From Parvularia atlantis (Eukaryota), in contig CALSCO010000901.1 in NCBI GenBank assembly GCA_943704415.1, positions 54,526-74,525 on the forward strand: a stretch of 20,000 nt of DNA, written 5' to 3'. The notes under the pieces are model-generated. The model saw only the letters and a list, made by a program, of their open reading frames with translations, was not told where the DNA came from and searched no databases. The number at the start of each line of letters is the position of its first letter. Positions within the stretch are counted from its first letter, which is position 1. Below are positions 1-11,225 of the stretch, one piece after another. Position numbers and translations under genes: made by a program.

Positions 1-661
1 AAAGTCGGCCAGCTTGAGGCGGCCCTCGTTGTCGATCAGGAGGTTGTGCGGCTTGAGGTCGCGGTGGAGGATGCGCCGGCCGTGGCAAAAGTCGATGCCG
101 ACGAGCAGCTGGTGCAGGTAGCTCTAGGAGGAGGTGCGACTGGTCAGCGCGACGGCCCGCGCGGGCGCAGTCTATTTCCGGCGCGCCTTGACGAGCGCCG
201 GCGGGAGCAGGCCCGGGCCGACCTGGTCGAGGTACCTCTTGAGGTCGCGGTCGAGGAACTCAAACACGAGCGAGAGGCGGTTCTCGTTGTGCACGACGTC
301 GAGCAGCCTGCGGGCGCGCGGCGCACGAGATAAGGCACGGGCGACGGCCGACTTGCGCGCGCGCGCACGCACTCGACAATATTGTCGTGCTGCAGCTCGC
401 GCAGCACCGAGATCTCCCGGATGGCTGTGCTCGGCACTCCCTCGTCCTCGTTCTCGAGGCGGATCTGCGCGCGCGCGCATGCCGGCTCAGCCCTCGTGCC
501 AGCGCCGCGCGAAATTGCGCACGCACCTGCTTCAGCGCCACAAAGCGGTTCGACCGGCGGTCGCGCGCCTTGAATACGACGCCGTACGTGCCCTCGCCGA
601 CCTTGCTGATGCGGTCGTAGGCCTCGAGCGGGTCGTTGGTGCTGGTCTGCGCTGCGGCCAT
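1..661 (-). CDS. CDK1: Cyclin-dependent kinase 1/2 (Cdc2/Cdc28), 3' end truncated by window edge
   Basis: ATG at 661. Spliced product contains [37 protein letters not shown] and KLADF. Introns 465-526, 308-372 and 124-186 (GC-AG). Confidence 0.96.
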
Positions 662-1464
662 GGCTCGGCGGGAGGAGGGCAGTCGGGCGGATCGCTGACA
701 GAGGTCGGGTCTGCGCGGGTGCGGCGGGTGCGTGGGGCGTGAGCACGGGCGCTGAATTACGCGGCCGGCCACGCGTGCACGTGGCGTGTGGCGCGGCAGA
801 CCGATCTGGCGCGAAGTGCCGTGCGCGCGGAGGGAGGCAGGCGCATGACGCCGGAGAACGAGCAGAGCGGACGCGGGCGAGCGCGCCGGGCCGCGCGGTG
901 TGCGCCACGGCGGGCACGCGGGCAGACAGCAGAGAGGGTTTGGCGGGCGGGGTCGGCCGTGCGCGTGGGCGGGGTGAGGGAGGGGCACGAGCGACGAGGG
1001 CGACGAGGGCGACGAGACGAAACAGAAAAGGCGCCTTTCCCCACCGCAGGGGGGGGGGCTGCACGACCCGCCCGGCCGCGACACGGGCGCGCCCGGCTCC
1101 GCGAGACCACTGACCACACCCCAGAGCGACGCGCGGCGAGGGACAGGACAGCGTGTGCGGCGCGGGCGGTGGGGCACACGCGCGCGCGGGTTGCGACGTG
1201 CGAGCCGAAAAGAGGCCGTGGAAAAAGCGCGCGCTTGCCGCACCGCACGCCCGCGATCACACTCGCGATCACCCGCGCCGCGCCGCAGCGCTCAGCGCAC
1301 CTGGCTAGCGAGGGGCGCACGCGCACACCACCCGCACCAACCACCGCCCGCGGCCGCGGCAGGACAGGACAAGGTGCACGGCGCGCAACGAGCGTGGCGG
1401 CGGACGTTTTTTTGAACTGTCCGTAACCGTCGACGCTTCGTTCGCCCCAGAAGTCTGACGACGC

Positions 1465-2473
1465 ATGGCGGCGGTCGTGTACCTGCGCCGGCTGCTGCGG
1501 CTCGGGCGGCAGCTCGGGCAGCTCGACTCGTTCACGGGGTGTGCCCGCGGGGCACGCGGGCTGCGCACGCAACTGAGCGCGGTGCGCAGCAACTACGTCC
1601 GGCGGCGCACGCTCGACATGTACCGTTTGCGCGCCGGCGAGACGGACCCGCGACGTGTGCGCGCGCACGTCAAGGAGGCGCGCAAGGTGTGCCGCCCGCC
1701 GGAGACGCACGTGCGCGACGCTCAGCCCCCATGTAGGCGTCGCGGCTGGTCGGGCGGGCGCTCGCGGGCGAGCGCAAGTGCCTCGTACGCGTGATGGACC
1801 TCGCGTACGGGCGCGTCGGCAAGCTGCGGTATCTGATGTTTCACGTGCGGCGCGGCCCCGCTGGCGCGCTGCACCGTTGACGACCGCACGCGCGTGCAGG
1901 GCATCGTGCCGCGGCTGCCCGAGACCGCGCTCCTGCACTCGCAGTTTGCGCGCAAGCCGACGCGATCCGAGCTGTTCCTGCCGCCGATGCCGCCGTCGAT
2001 GATCAAGCACCTCGAGCGGGGCGCGTGCGTGCGCGGCGTGGGCGTGGGCGTGGGCGTGGGCGTGGGCGTAGGCGCGCGTAGCTGAATGCCAGTGTCGCAG
2101 GCGCGACCTCACGCGCTCGCGGTTCTGGCGGCGCGCGTGCCAGCACATGCTCACGCGCGCTCGGGTGCTCGGCGACGCGAGCACGGGCACACCGATCGAG
2201 CTGATGCAGCAGATGTCGCCGACACCCGCGGGCGCGAGCGCGCCGGTCGTGTGCGGCGTCAAGCAGCTGCAGCTGATCCAGCCACGCGAGGCGCAGCGCT
2301 ACGCGTTCACCCGGTCGGGCGACTTTGAGGGGTTCCCGGCGGCATCGGGGCCGGCCCTGGGCGGCAAGCTGCCGCGCAACAAGGAGCAGCGCAAGAAGGA
2401 GGCCGCCGAGCGGGCAATGGTCAACCAGCTGCAGCTGGCCCCCGGCAAGTGGCGCCGCGGGCGGACAACGTGA
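1465..2473 (+). CDS. LYR-motif (Complex1_LYR-like) protein, probably mitochondrial
   Basis: N-terminus VYLRRLLRLG...NYVRRRTLDMYR...ETDPRRVRAHVKEARK fits a degenerate LYR domain, followed by MDLAYGRVGKLRY as I recall from fungal LYR-family proteins. Introns 1539-1589, 1687-1736, 1845-1899, 2025-2100 keep the frame open to TGA 2471-2473. Confidence 0.65.
2035..2070. repeat. (GGCGTG)5 plus GGCGTA hexanucleotide tandem repeat inside intron 4 of the LYR gene
   Basis: Directly visible; accounts for this intron being 76 nt. Confidence 0.9.
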
Positions 2474-2491
2474 GGCACATTTGTAGCAACG

Positions 2492-4202
2492 ATGCTGCGC
2501 ACTGCCCTCGCCATCGCGGTGATCGCGGTGTCTGTGGGCGCGCACGAGCACGGGCGCCGACAGGATGCGGGCGCGCGCACCAGCGAGCCGGCGTGCATCG
2601 GCGGACACAGCGACGACGAGCGGCTGCAGGCGGCGCAGGCGCAGAACGAGCAGCTGCGCACCGACGTGGCCGATCTCAAGCTGCGGCTGTGGCAGACGCG
2701 CGACCAGCTCCGCGACACGCGCGCAGCATGGCAGGCGGCATCAGGGGTGCCGGACGGTGCACCTGCCGCGGCCGGATCGGTCGACCGGCGCGCGGCCGAG
2801 TCGCTCTCGTTCGACGAGTTCATGCGCGACTACGCGTCCAAGGGCCGTCCGGTGATCATCACGGGGGTGCGCGCCCTCGCTCTCGAGCTCGCCCACGTGC
2901 GTGACTGGCGTGGTGCACACGCAGCTGCACGACGCCATGTTCCGCGGGAGGGCATGGGACCTTGAGCACTTTCGGCGCGTGTGCGGGCAGCAGACCGTGC
3001 CGCTGCTCAAGCACGACAAGTCGGCCGCGGCGTGGGGCCGGTGCGGCGGCAGCAGGCACCAGTACGCGCTCTCACGTGCACCGCCAGGCTCGTGCCCGCG
3101 GGCGAGCGCCAGCTGGCGCACTTCATCGACGACCTCCGCGCGCACCGCCTCGACGGCGACAACCCGCTCTACCTGCACGACTGGTCGCTGCCCGCGTGCG
3201 CTGCTACGCCGGTAACTCGCCCAGCCGTACTCTGACGGCACGCCGGAACAGCTTCTGCCCGCAGCTCTTTCGCCAGCCCGACTCGCAGTTTGTCGTACGT
3301 CCGTGCTGCTCCTCCAGCCGTCGCTCACGCGGCGCGCGCTGTGGCAGATGCCCAAGTATTTTGCGGGCGACCTGCTGCAGCAACTGCCAGCGGACGAGGG
3401 CCTGTTTTACCGCGACGAGTGGCCGTCGCTGTTTGTGGGGCCCAAGGGCTCGCAGAGCGCGGTGCGGTGCTCGCAGCGGCACATGCTTGGCGACGCTGAC
3501 GGCCGCCCGGCAGCTGCACGTCGACAGCTTTGGCTCCAACTTCTTTATGCTCCTGATCGAGGGCCGCAAGCTCTGGCGGTTCTTCCCTGGTGCGTGCCAC
3601 TCGGCTGGCGGGCATGCCGCCCACGTTTCACGCGCGGCAGAGGTGGACCGGCCGCTGCTGTATGAAGACGTGGCCAAGTCGACGTTTGACTTTGACGCGC
3701 TGCGGCCCGACTACGAGCGCTACCCGCTGGCGCAGCACGCCTCGCCGGTCGAGTGCGTGCTGGAGCCGGTGCGGTGGCCCCTTGTGGGCGCACACAGGGT
3801 GTCTGAGCTGGTCGCGCGCAGGGTGAGGTGCTGTTTGTGCCCGCGGGCAGCCCGCACCAGGTGGTCAACCTGGACGACACGGGTGCGGACGAGCCGCTCG
3901 CTTGCCGTGTGGTGACGTCCGCGCCAGTGGCCATCAGCGCCAACTACATCGACCAGTCCAACTACGCGCGCGCCCTGGGCGAGATCGAGCGCGAGGGCCA
4001 GGCCGGCTACGAGCGCAGTCGCTCGATGGCGCAGGCGCTGCGGTGCGCCTGCGCCAGGCCGGGAGGCTTGGCGATGCACGCGGGCGCGTGTTCACCCGCG
4101 GCAACGCCACGCAGCGAGATCAGCAAGGACCCGCGCCGGCTACACCAGCGCTGGAACAAGCAGCAAGAGGCGCTGCCGTGGGACGCGTTCAAGCGGCAGT
4201 AG
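2492..4202 (+). CDS. JmjC/cupin-like 2-oxoglutarate/Fe(II) oxygenase (JMJD4/6/8-like) with N-terminal signal peptide and coiled coil
   Basis: Spliced motifs LSFDEFMRDYASKGRPVIITG, LYLHDW, WPSLFVGPKGSQSALHVD, LIEGRKLWRFFP and LEPGEVLFVPAGSPHQVVNLDDTVAISANY (HxD...H triad). Introns 2867-2924, 3041-3087, 3196-3251, 3295-3347, 3462-3513, 3590-3640, 3769-3821, 3883-3927, 4043-4114. Confidence 0.9.
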
Positions 4203-4245
4203 CATATTCTTGTCTTGTTGCTCAAGCGACACGTGCGTTGGCGGC

Positions 4246-4999
4246 TCACATCTCCGTTGGCGGCGGCGCGCTGTAGAACATGGCGCGCGGCCGCTGGATG
4301 GACGGGATGAAGTGGAAGATCTGCAGGCGCGCAGCAGGGCAGCCGCGTGAGCCCGTGAGACGCGACGCGGCCGAGCGTGCGTCACGCACAAAGTACAGCA
4401 GCGCGATAAACACGATGATGATGCCCGCGATGAACGTGTACAGCACCATGGGCGACGCGCCCGAGGGCGGCTGCGGACGACGGCTGTCACTGTGCGACAC
4501 CGGACAACATGCCCCCGCGCGCACACCCCGAGCACGATGAGCACGCCGAGGAAGAGGTACATGAACGACTTGCCCATGAACGTCTGCGCGCGCGCGGCTT
4601 TGGTAACGACCGCGCAAGTGCCGACGCACCTACGCACGTGGAAGAAGCTTGCGTACATGACGATGAACAGCGGCACGGCAAACTCGACCATCACGATCAC
4701 AAAGCCGAAGAGCCTGCGAGGGCGCGTGTCGGCGACCGGCGCTGCTGAAGCGGAGGCAGGCACGCACACGATGTACGCGCCAATGACAAAGTTCGAGAAC
4801 GTCTGCGGGTTGCCGGCCTGGCCCTCGCCCACGGCGACGATGCAGCGGATCACGCCGCCGGCCATGATCATCGCGCCGACCACTGCACGGCGTGCGCGCG
4901 CGTGTGCGTTGTTGTTGGTCCGTCGGGTGCGGCGGGCGGGGCGCGGGCGGTTCACGCACGGACGTTGATGATGTGAAAGATGACGGTCTGGCAGCCCAT
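4246..4999 (-). CDS. TVP15: Golgi membrane TVP15 / COPI-associated family protein
   Basis: Small multi-TM protein MGCQTVIFHIINVLVG...YIVLFGFVIVMVEF...YASFFHTFMGKSFMYLFLG...HFIPSIQRPRAM. Introns 4883-4959, 4714-4767, 4584-4637, 4471-4526, 4321-4389. A further upstream intron 5010-5084 is either in the 5'UTR or links to an in-frame ATG at 5107/5104. Confidence 0.8.
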
Positions 5000-5080
5000 C
5001 GTTGCGGATCTGCGCGCGTGCGTGTAGTGCGCGTGCGTGTGGTGCGTGCTCAGACACCCCCGTGCATGACGTATCCCACC

Positions 5081-5107
5081 GCACTCTGTTTGCGCAAAGT
5101 GCATCAT
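5081..5107. promoter_or_regulatory. Putative bidirectional core promoter / paired initiator-like elements for TVP15 (-) and SF3B2 (+)
   Basis: GCACTCT on + (5081-5087) and GCACTTT on - (5102-5096) flank the palindrome TTTGCGCAAA. The same motif precedes several other ATGs in the window. Function is inferred. Confidence 0.45.
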
Positions 5108-7692
5108 GGCCGCGGAGGTGCGGCAAAGCACCCGGCGCATGTCCTGGCCCCCTGCCTCACGCGCCGCATGCACCGCACGCAGACGGCCGTGGCCGCGGCC
5201 GTGCCCGACGGCACGCCCGGCACCAACGGCAGCGGCAGCGGCGCGCCCAGCTACGCGACGAAGCGCAACCACACCAAGAAGCTCAAGAAGAAGCTCAAGA
5301 AGCAGCAGCGCAGCGCCGGCGAGTCGGCCGAGGATGACGCCGAGCCGCCGACGCCGACGCCGCCCGCGCGCGCCACGTCGTCCGTTCCGGCCGGGTGCGT
5401 GCGCACGCCTGCACGCGCGGGGGCTCGCGCGCTCACGCTCACGTCCGCGCAGCGTCGAGGTCGAGTATGTGCCGTCGATCGACTTTGACCTGAACGACCC
5501 GAGCAACGCCGAGCTGGCGCGTGTCTACCAGCGCTTCCAGGAGTACGCGACGGCGGCCAACCAGGTGCGTGGGCAGCGGGGTGCGGGCGCGGTGTGCGCG
5601 GCTGACGTGGGCGCACAGGCACCGCTCGACGAGGAGGAGGCCGCAGCGCAGCAGCTGCAGCAGCAGGCCAACGGCGAGAGGAAGGGGCGCACGGGCGGCG
5701 AGGACGACGACGAGGAGGATGACGAGGACGAGAACGACGGCGAGGGTGCGTGCCTCTCGCACACGGAGGCGGCACTGAGCACGCAGCGCCAGACGGGTAC
5801 GTGATCGGCGCCGACGGGCAACGCGTGTCCAAGAAGAAGTTGCGCAAGCTCCAGCGCATGAGCGTGGCCGATCTCAAGCGGCTCGCGAGCAAGCCCGAGG
5901 TGGTCGAGGTGGGTGTGCACCGGGAGGTGGCCCGTCGCAGCAGCTCACGCATCGCACGCAGTGGGTCGACGTGACCGCGGCCGACCCGAAGCTGCTCATC
6001 CACCTCAAGTCGTACCGCAACACCGTGCCCGTGCCGCGCCACTGGAGCATCAAGCGCAAGTACCTGCAGAACAAGCGCGGCATGGAAAAGTCGGCGTTCG
6101 AGCTGCCCGGTGCGTCGCCTGCGAGCGTGTTTTGGGCTCGCGCTGACTGCGGACGCGGGTGCAGAGTTCATCAAGCAGACGGGCATCACGGAGATGCGCG
6201 ACGCCCTGCGCGAGAAGGAGGAGACGATGAAGGCCAGCCAGAAGGCGCGCGAGAGAATACAGCCCAAGATGGGCAAGCTCGAGATCGACTACCAGAAGCT
6301 GCACGACGCTTTCTTCCGCTTCCAGACGAAGCCAGTGCTGAGCAACCACGGCGAGATGTGCGTGCGGCGGTGGGTGTGCGCCGTGCGGCTGAGAACCGCC
6401 GCCCCTCGGCCACAGGTACTACGAGGGCAAGGAGTTTGAGGTGCACATGAAGGAGCGCAAGCCGGGCCAGTTGTCGGAGGAGCTCAAGGTGCGCGTCGTG
6501 GCCGGTGTGCGGGCGCCTGGCTGATCATCGATCGCGTGACACAGGTCGCCCTCGGCATGCCCGAGAACGCGCCGCCGCCGTGGCTGATCAACATGCAGCG
6601 GTACGGCCCGCCGCCGTCGTACCCGGGCCTGCGCATTCCCGGCCTCAACGCGCCGATCCCGCCGGGCGCCGACTGGGGCTTCCACCCGGGCGGGTGGGGT
6701 CGGCCGCCTCTGGATGAGGTGAGCGCGCTATTGTGCGCTTTGCTGTGCAGGCGACTCATTGACCCGTGTGTGCGCGCCAGTTTGGGAACCCGCTCTACGG
6801 CGACGTCTACAGCGTGACGGCGCCGCCGCCGCCGTCGGAGCTGACGGTGCCGGTCGAGACGAGGCCGTGGGGCGAGTTTGAGGAGGATGAGGCGCTGAGT
6901 GACCGCGAGGAGGAGGAGGCGGCGCCGGCCGCGGAGGACGCGGACAAGGGCGAGGCTGCGCCCAAGGCCGACATCGAGGACGACCGGAGCTCGGTGCGCG
7001 CCGACACGGACGGCCTGGCGACGCCGTCGGGCTACCGGTGCGCACGGGCGACGCGCACGGCGGCGACGGCGTGACCCGCGCGGGCGCGCACAGATCCACC
7101 ACGACGTCCGGCCTCGAGACGCCCGACCAGATCGAGCTGCGCAAGGAGCGGCGCGGCGAGGACACGCCGAGCACGGTCGACGAGCGGCCGCTGTACACGG
7201 TGCTGCAGCCGAAGGAGGTGCGCGCTTGTGCCCCTGCGTTGCGTCGTCGGGGCCGACACCGCCGCGCCCAGACCAAGGTCAGCGGCTTCATGGGCTCGTC
7301 GTACGTGTACGACTTTTCGAGCGCCAAGGCCGGGGTGCGTGCTGCCCCATCGCGTGCGCGCATGACTGACAACGACGGCGCAGAAACCGGCCGGCGACAA
7401 CGTGCAGGTCGCGCTCGACCCGGCCGAGATGGAGACGCTCGACGAGGCGACGCTGCGGGCCAAGTACGAGCAGACGGTCAACGTGCGTCTGCCGCTCTTG
7501 TGCTCGCGCGCGCCGTCTTGACATGCGCGCGCACAGGTGGCCAAGAGCGGCGGCGAGGCCAGCTCGGACCTGAGCGACATGGTGGCCGAGCACGCGGCCA
7601 AGGCCGACAAGAAGCGCAAGGCGGCCGCGTCCAAGTCGTCGGGTGCGGTGGCCGACCCGAAGGCGAAGAAGCAAAAGGAGTTCAAGTTCTGA
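5106..7692 (+). CDS. SF3B2: Splicing factor 3B subunit 2 (SAP145/Cus1)
   Basis: DUF382 region (DVTAADPKLLIHLKSYRNTVPVPRHW, QPKMGKLEIDYQKLHDAFFRFQTKP), PSP domain (PPPWLINMQRYGPPPSYPGLRIPGLNAPIP), SGLETPDQIELRK and C-terminal KEFKF. 13 introns: 5118-5182, 5395-5452, 5565-5618, 5746-5792, 5909-5961, 6110-6164, 6358-6415, 6489-6544, 6719-6780, 7038-7093, 7218-7271, 7335-7383, 7483-7536. Start at 5106 is preferred over ATG 5168, which lies in the predicted first intron. Confidence 0.96.
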
Positions 7693-7768
7693 GTGGCGCG
7701 TGTGTGTGCCTCAGGAACAGGGACTCGAGGTTGCGCAGAGCACTTTCGAACGTGACAGCTCGAACGTG

Positions 7769-10700
7769 ATGAGCTCTCAACCGTACCACTTGGCGGCCGT
7801 GCTCGTGGGCCACAGCGGCGACGTGCGTATGGCCGCTCCTCACGGCCTCCCCCTCCACAGCCCCCCAGTGCGCATGCCACACGCGCGCGCGCGCACAGCA
7901 GACGCATGCACACACCCCTCGCCCTTTCCCCGCCCGTGTCAGCGCGTGGCTGACGTGTGCCGCGCGCCCAGGTCAAGAGCGTCGCGGCCGCGCCCAACAA
8001 CGCCCTCGCGAGCGCGTCGCGCGACCGCACGGTGCGGCTGTGGCAGCGCGGTGCCGACGGCCACGGCGCGTACGCCTGCACGGGCACGGTCGAGGCGCAC
8101 CAGCAGTACGTCAACGCAGTCGCCTACGCCGCCGCCACGCCGCAGTTCCCGCAGGGTGCGGCCGGCCGGCCGTGCTGCTGCCGCCGCTCTGTGTCGCTGA
8201 CGTGCTCGTGCGTACGCCCCCAGGCCTTGTGCTCAGCGGCGGGCAGGACAGCGTCGTGTACGCGCACGCGCCCGGCGACCTCCAGCGCCCCGTCTGGACG
8301 CTGCTCGGCCACGGCGGCAACGTGTGCGCGCTCGCCGTGCACGGCACCGTCCTGCTCTCGGGCTCGTGGGACCACACTGCGCGCGTCTGGGATCTCGCCA
8401 CCGGCGCGTGCCTGCTGACGCTCCAGGGCCACGAGCAGGCCGTCTGGGCCGTCGCGGCGCTCGACGACGGCACATATCTCACCGGTGCGTTGGCGCCTGC
8501 CGGCTCGCGCGTTGTGCCTGACGCCGCACCGCGTGACAGCCTCGGGCGACAAGACGATCAAGCTCTGGAGCCACGCCGGCGCGTGCCTGCGCACGTTCAC
8601 GGGCCACACGGACGCCGTGCGCGGCGTCTCCGTCATCCCCGGGATCGGCTTTGCCAGCTGCGCCAACGACTGGTGCGCGCGGGCGTCAGGGTTGCTGGGT
8701 GAGGGGCGTGACGGGTGGTGCGGCGCGTGTGCAGCACCGTGCGCGTCTGGGCGCTCGACGGCACGCTGCTGCAGGAGCTCGTGGGGCACACAGCGTTCGT
8801 GTACTCGATCGCCTACTCGCCGGCGACGGGTGAGCTCGTGACGGGCGGCGAGGACCGCTCGCTGCGCGTGTGGAGCGGTGCGTCGCAGCAGCCACGCGGG
8901 TGTTTGCGCTGAGCAGCGTGGCGCAGACGGCCAGTGCGTCCAGACGATCCTGCACCCGGCCGACTCGGTCTGGTCGGTCGCGGTGCTCTCATGCGGCGAC
9001 ATTGCCACGGGCGCGAACGACGGCATCGTACGCGTCTTCTCGCGCAGCCCCGAGCGCGCAGCCGACCCGGACACCGTCGCGGCCTTTGACGACGCGGTCA
9101 AGTCGCACTCGATCGCCGCGTACGTCATGCGCTGCGCTTGGCGTGCACCGAGCCAACACGCACGCGCGCACGCACAGCGAGAGCATTGACCCAAAGCTCA
9201 TCAACCCGCCCGAGGCGCTGGCGCAGCCCGGGCGCAAGGACGGCGAGACCAAGCTCGTGCGCAACGCGAGCAACGTCGTCGAGGCGTTCCAGGTGCGTGC
9301 TCGCACTCGCACTCGGGCGTGCTGCTGACGGGCCGACCGGCCGCGGGCAGTGGAGTGCCGCCCAGGCGACATGGGTCAAGGTGGGCGAGGTGACCAACGT
9401 GCGCAAGGATGCGAAGGTGTTTGACGGCGTCGAGTACGACTACGTCTTCGACGTCGACGTTGGCGAGGGCCAACCTATGCGTAAGCTGCCGTACAACCTG
9501 TCGGGTGCGTGCGTGTGCGTGCGCAGAGCGAGCGAGGCTGACTGCGCCTCGCAACAGAGAACCCGTACATGGCCGCGCAGCGCTTCTTGCACCGCGAGGA
9601 GATGTCGCAGGAGCTGCTGGACAGCGTCGCCAAGTTCATCATCAAGAACACGGAGAGCGCGAAAGTTGGCCAGGCCCCGCCCGTCGCGCACGACCCGTAC
9701 ACGGGTGCGAGGGGTGGCGGGGCGTCGCGCAGCCGTGTGCTGACGCCGCGTGGTGGCTGCAGGGAGCTCGCGCTACAGCGGCGGCGCACCGATGTCTGGT
9801 GTGGCGCGCGGCGCGGCGCCGGCACCCGGCAGTGACCCGTTCGCCTTCTCGGGTGCGTGGCGCACTGCAGCACGCGATACGGGTGCTGACGGCGCGGCAG
9901 GCGCGTACACCACGTCGAGCGTCCAGCCTGCCACCAGCCAGGCGCCCGCCGCAGTCGCAGCCGTACCCGCACGGACGCCGTACGTCCTGTTTGAGGCCGG
10001 TAACGTCAGTGCGATCCACCAGAAGCTGATGCAGCTCAACAGCGAGCTCGTCCTGGGCGCGGTGCGCCCGGCGTGCGCTGTGATCGGTCGCAACTGACGC
10101 TGCGGCAGACGAGCTCGCTCGCGCTGGCGTCGCAGGAGCAGCAGTCGCTCGCACTGCTGGTTGAGGTCGTCGGCAACACGTCGCGGTGCGTGGCGGTGCG
10201 AGAGCAATGGCGTGCTCACGCCCGCGCCGCAGCTACCACGCCACGAGCCTCTTCGACAACCAGTTTGCCGTCTTGACCCGCGCGCTGGCCTGGCCAGTCG
10301 ACAAGCGCTTCCCGGGTGCGATACCCACACAGGCGGCTGCGCAGAGGTGCTCACGTGCGGCGCAGTGCTGGACCTGTTCCGCCTCACCGCGCTGCACCCG
10401 TCCTTTGTCGAGCACTACACGGGCGACCAGCAGCGCGAGCAGCGCCTGCTAGACGCGGCGCTGGTGTCGTCGCAGGTGCGGGCGCGGTCGGGCGTGCCTG
10501 CGCGCGACGCTCACGCGGCCGTCGCAGATCGTCGAGGGCCAGGCCGGCAACGAGGTCAACCAGATGTTTGGCTTCCGCACGCTCGTCAACTTGTTCAAGA
10601 GTGCCAAGGGCCGGCAGCTGGTCGTGCGCTACCTGGAGCAGGTGCGCGGCTGCTAGCGCGGACGCATGTGTTGCGGGCTCACGCATGCGCGCGCTCGCAG

Positions 10701-11171
10701 ATCCTCGACGCGGTCGAGGCCTTTCCGACGCAGAGCAGCAACAAGAACCTGCACCAGGCGCTGACAACGCTGCTGCTCAAGTGCGTGCGACGCTGGCCGC
10801 GCTGCCACGCTGCCGCGCTTGCTGATCGCCGACTGCCGCAGCCTCGCCCTGCTGGCGCACGAGCAGCCCGAGGTCGCCGCCAAGCGTGCGGTGGTGCTCG
10901 TCGTGATTGTTCAGGTGCGTGGCCGGCAGCGCAGCCGCCCGCCGTGGCTCACCCGATCGTGTAGGAGCTGGCCAACGAAGCGTTGGAGGACGACGCGGCC
11001 GCGCGCGCCTTTACGGCGTTTGCGACGCTGGCCGCGCTCAGTGCGGACGTCGTCACAATGGCCAAGCAGCAGGGCCTGGTCGCCTACGCCAAGTTCTTCG
11101 GCGCGCGGTCGAGCGGCAACGCGCGGCTCAAGGCCGTCCTCGAGCAGCAGGTGGCGCCGCTGCTCGGTTAG
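7769..11171 (+). CDS. PLAA: Phospholipase A2-activating protein / Doa1 / Ufd3 (WD40-PFU-PUL)
   Basis: WD40 repeats (GHSGDVKSV, SASRDRTVRLW, SGSWDHTARVWD), PFU domain (FDGVEYDYVFDVDV...KLPYNLSENPYMAAQRFL) and PUL domain (WPVDKRFPVLDLFRL). 17 introns, first 7823-7971, last 10915-10964; stop TAG 11169-11171. Confidence 0.95.
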
Positions 11172-11225
11172 ACCTGCCGCACATTTCTCCTTGTTCTGTG
11201 TGCGGCGCCGGATGGCTGCGACGCG

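Noticed and set aside
662..1464. 803-nt divergent region with a T7 run (1407-1413), an E2F-like TTTGGCGG (about 939) and an MCB-like ACGCGT (771)
   Set aside because: No tRNA/snRNA fold or A/B boxes recognised. Short GC-rich motifs are expected by chance. The region is adequately explained by promoters and probable 5'UTR introns (about 711-780 on minus, about 1375-1450 on plus).
2449..2491. TTTGTAG just before the JmjC ATG as a cis-acceptor fusing LYR to JmjC, or as a spliced-leader acceptor
   Set aside because: Splicing from the nearest plausible donor (2449) is out of frame with JmjC, and other spacers such as 11172-11225 have no AG acceptor, so trans-splicing is not supported as a general rule.
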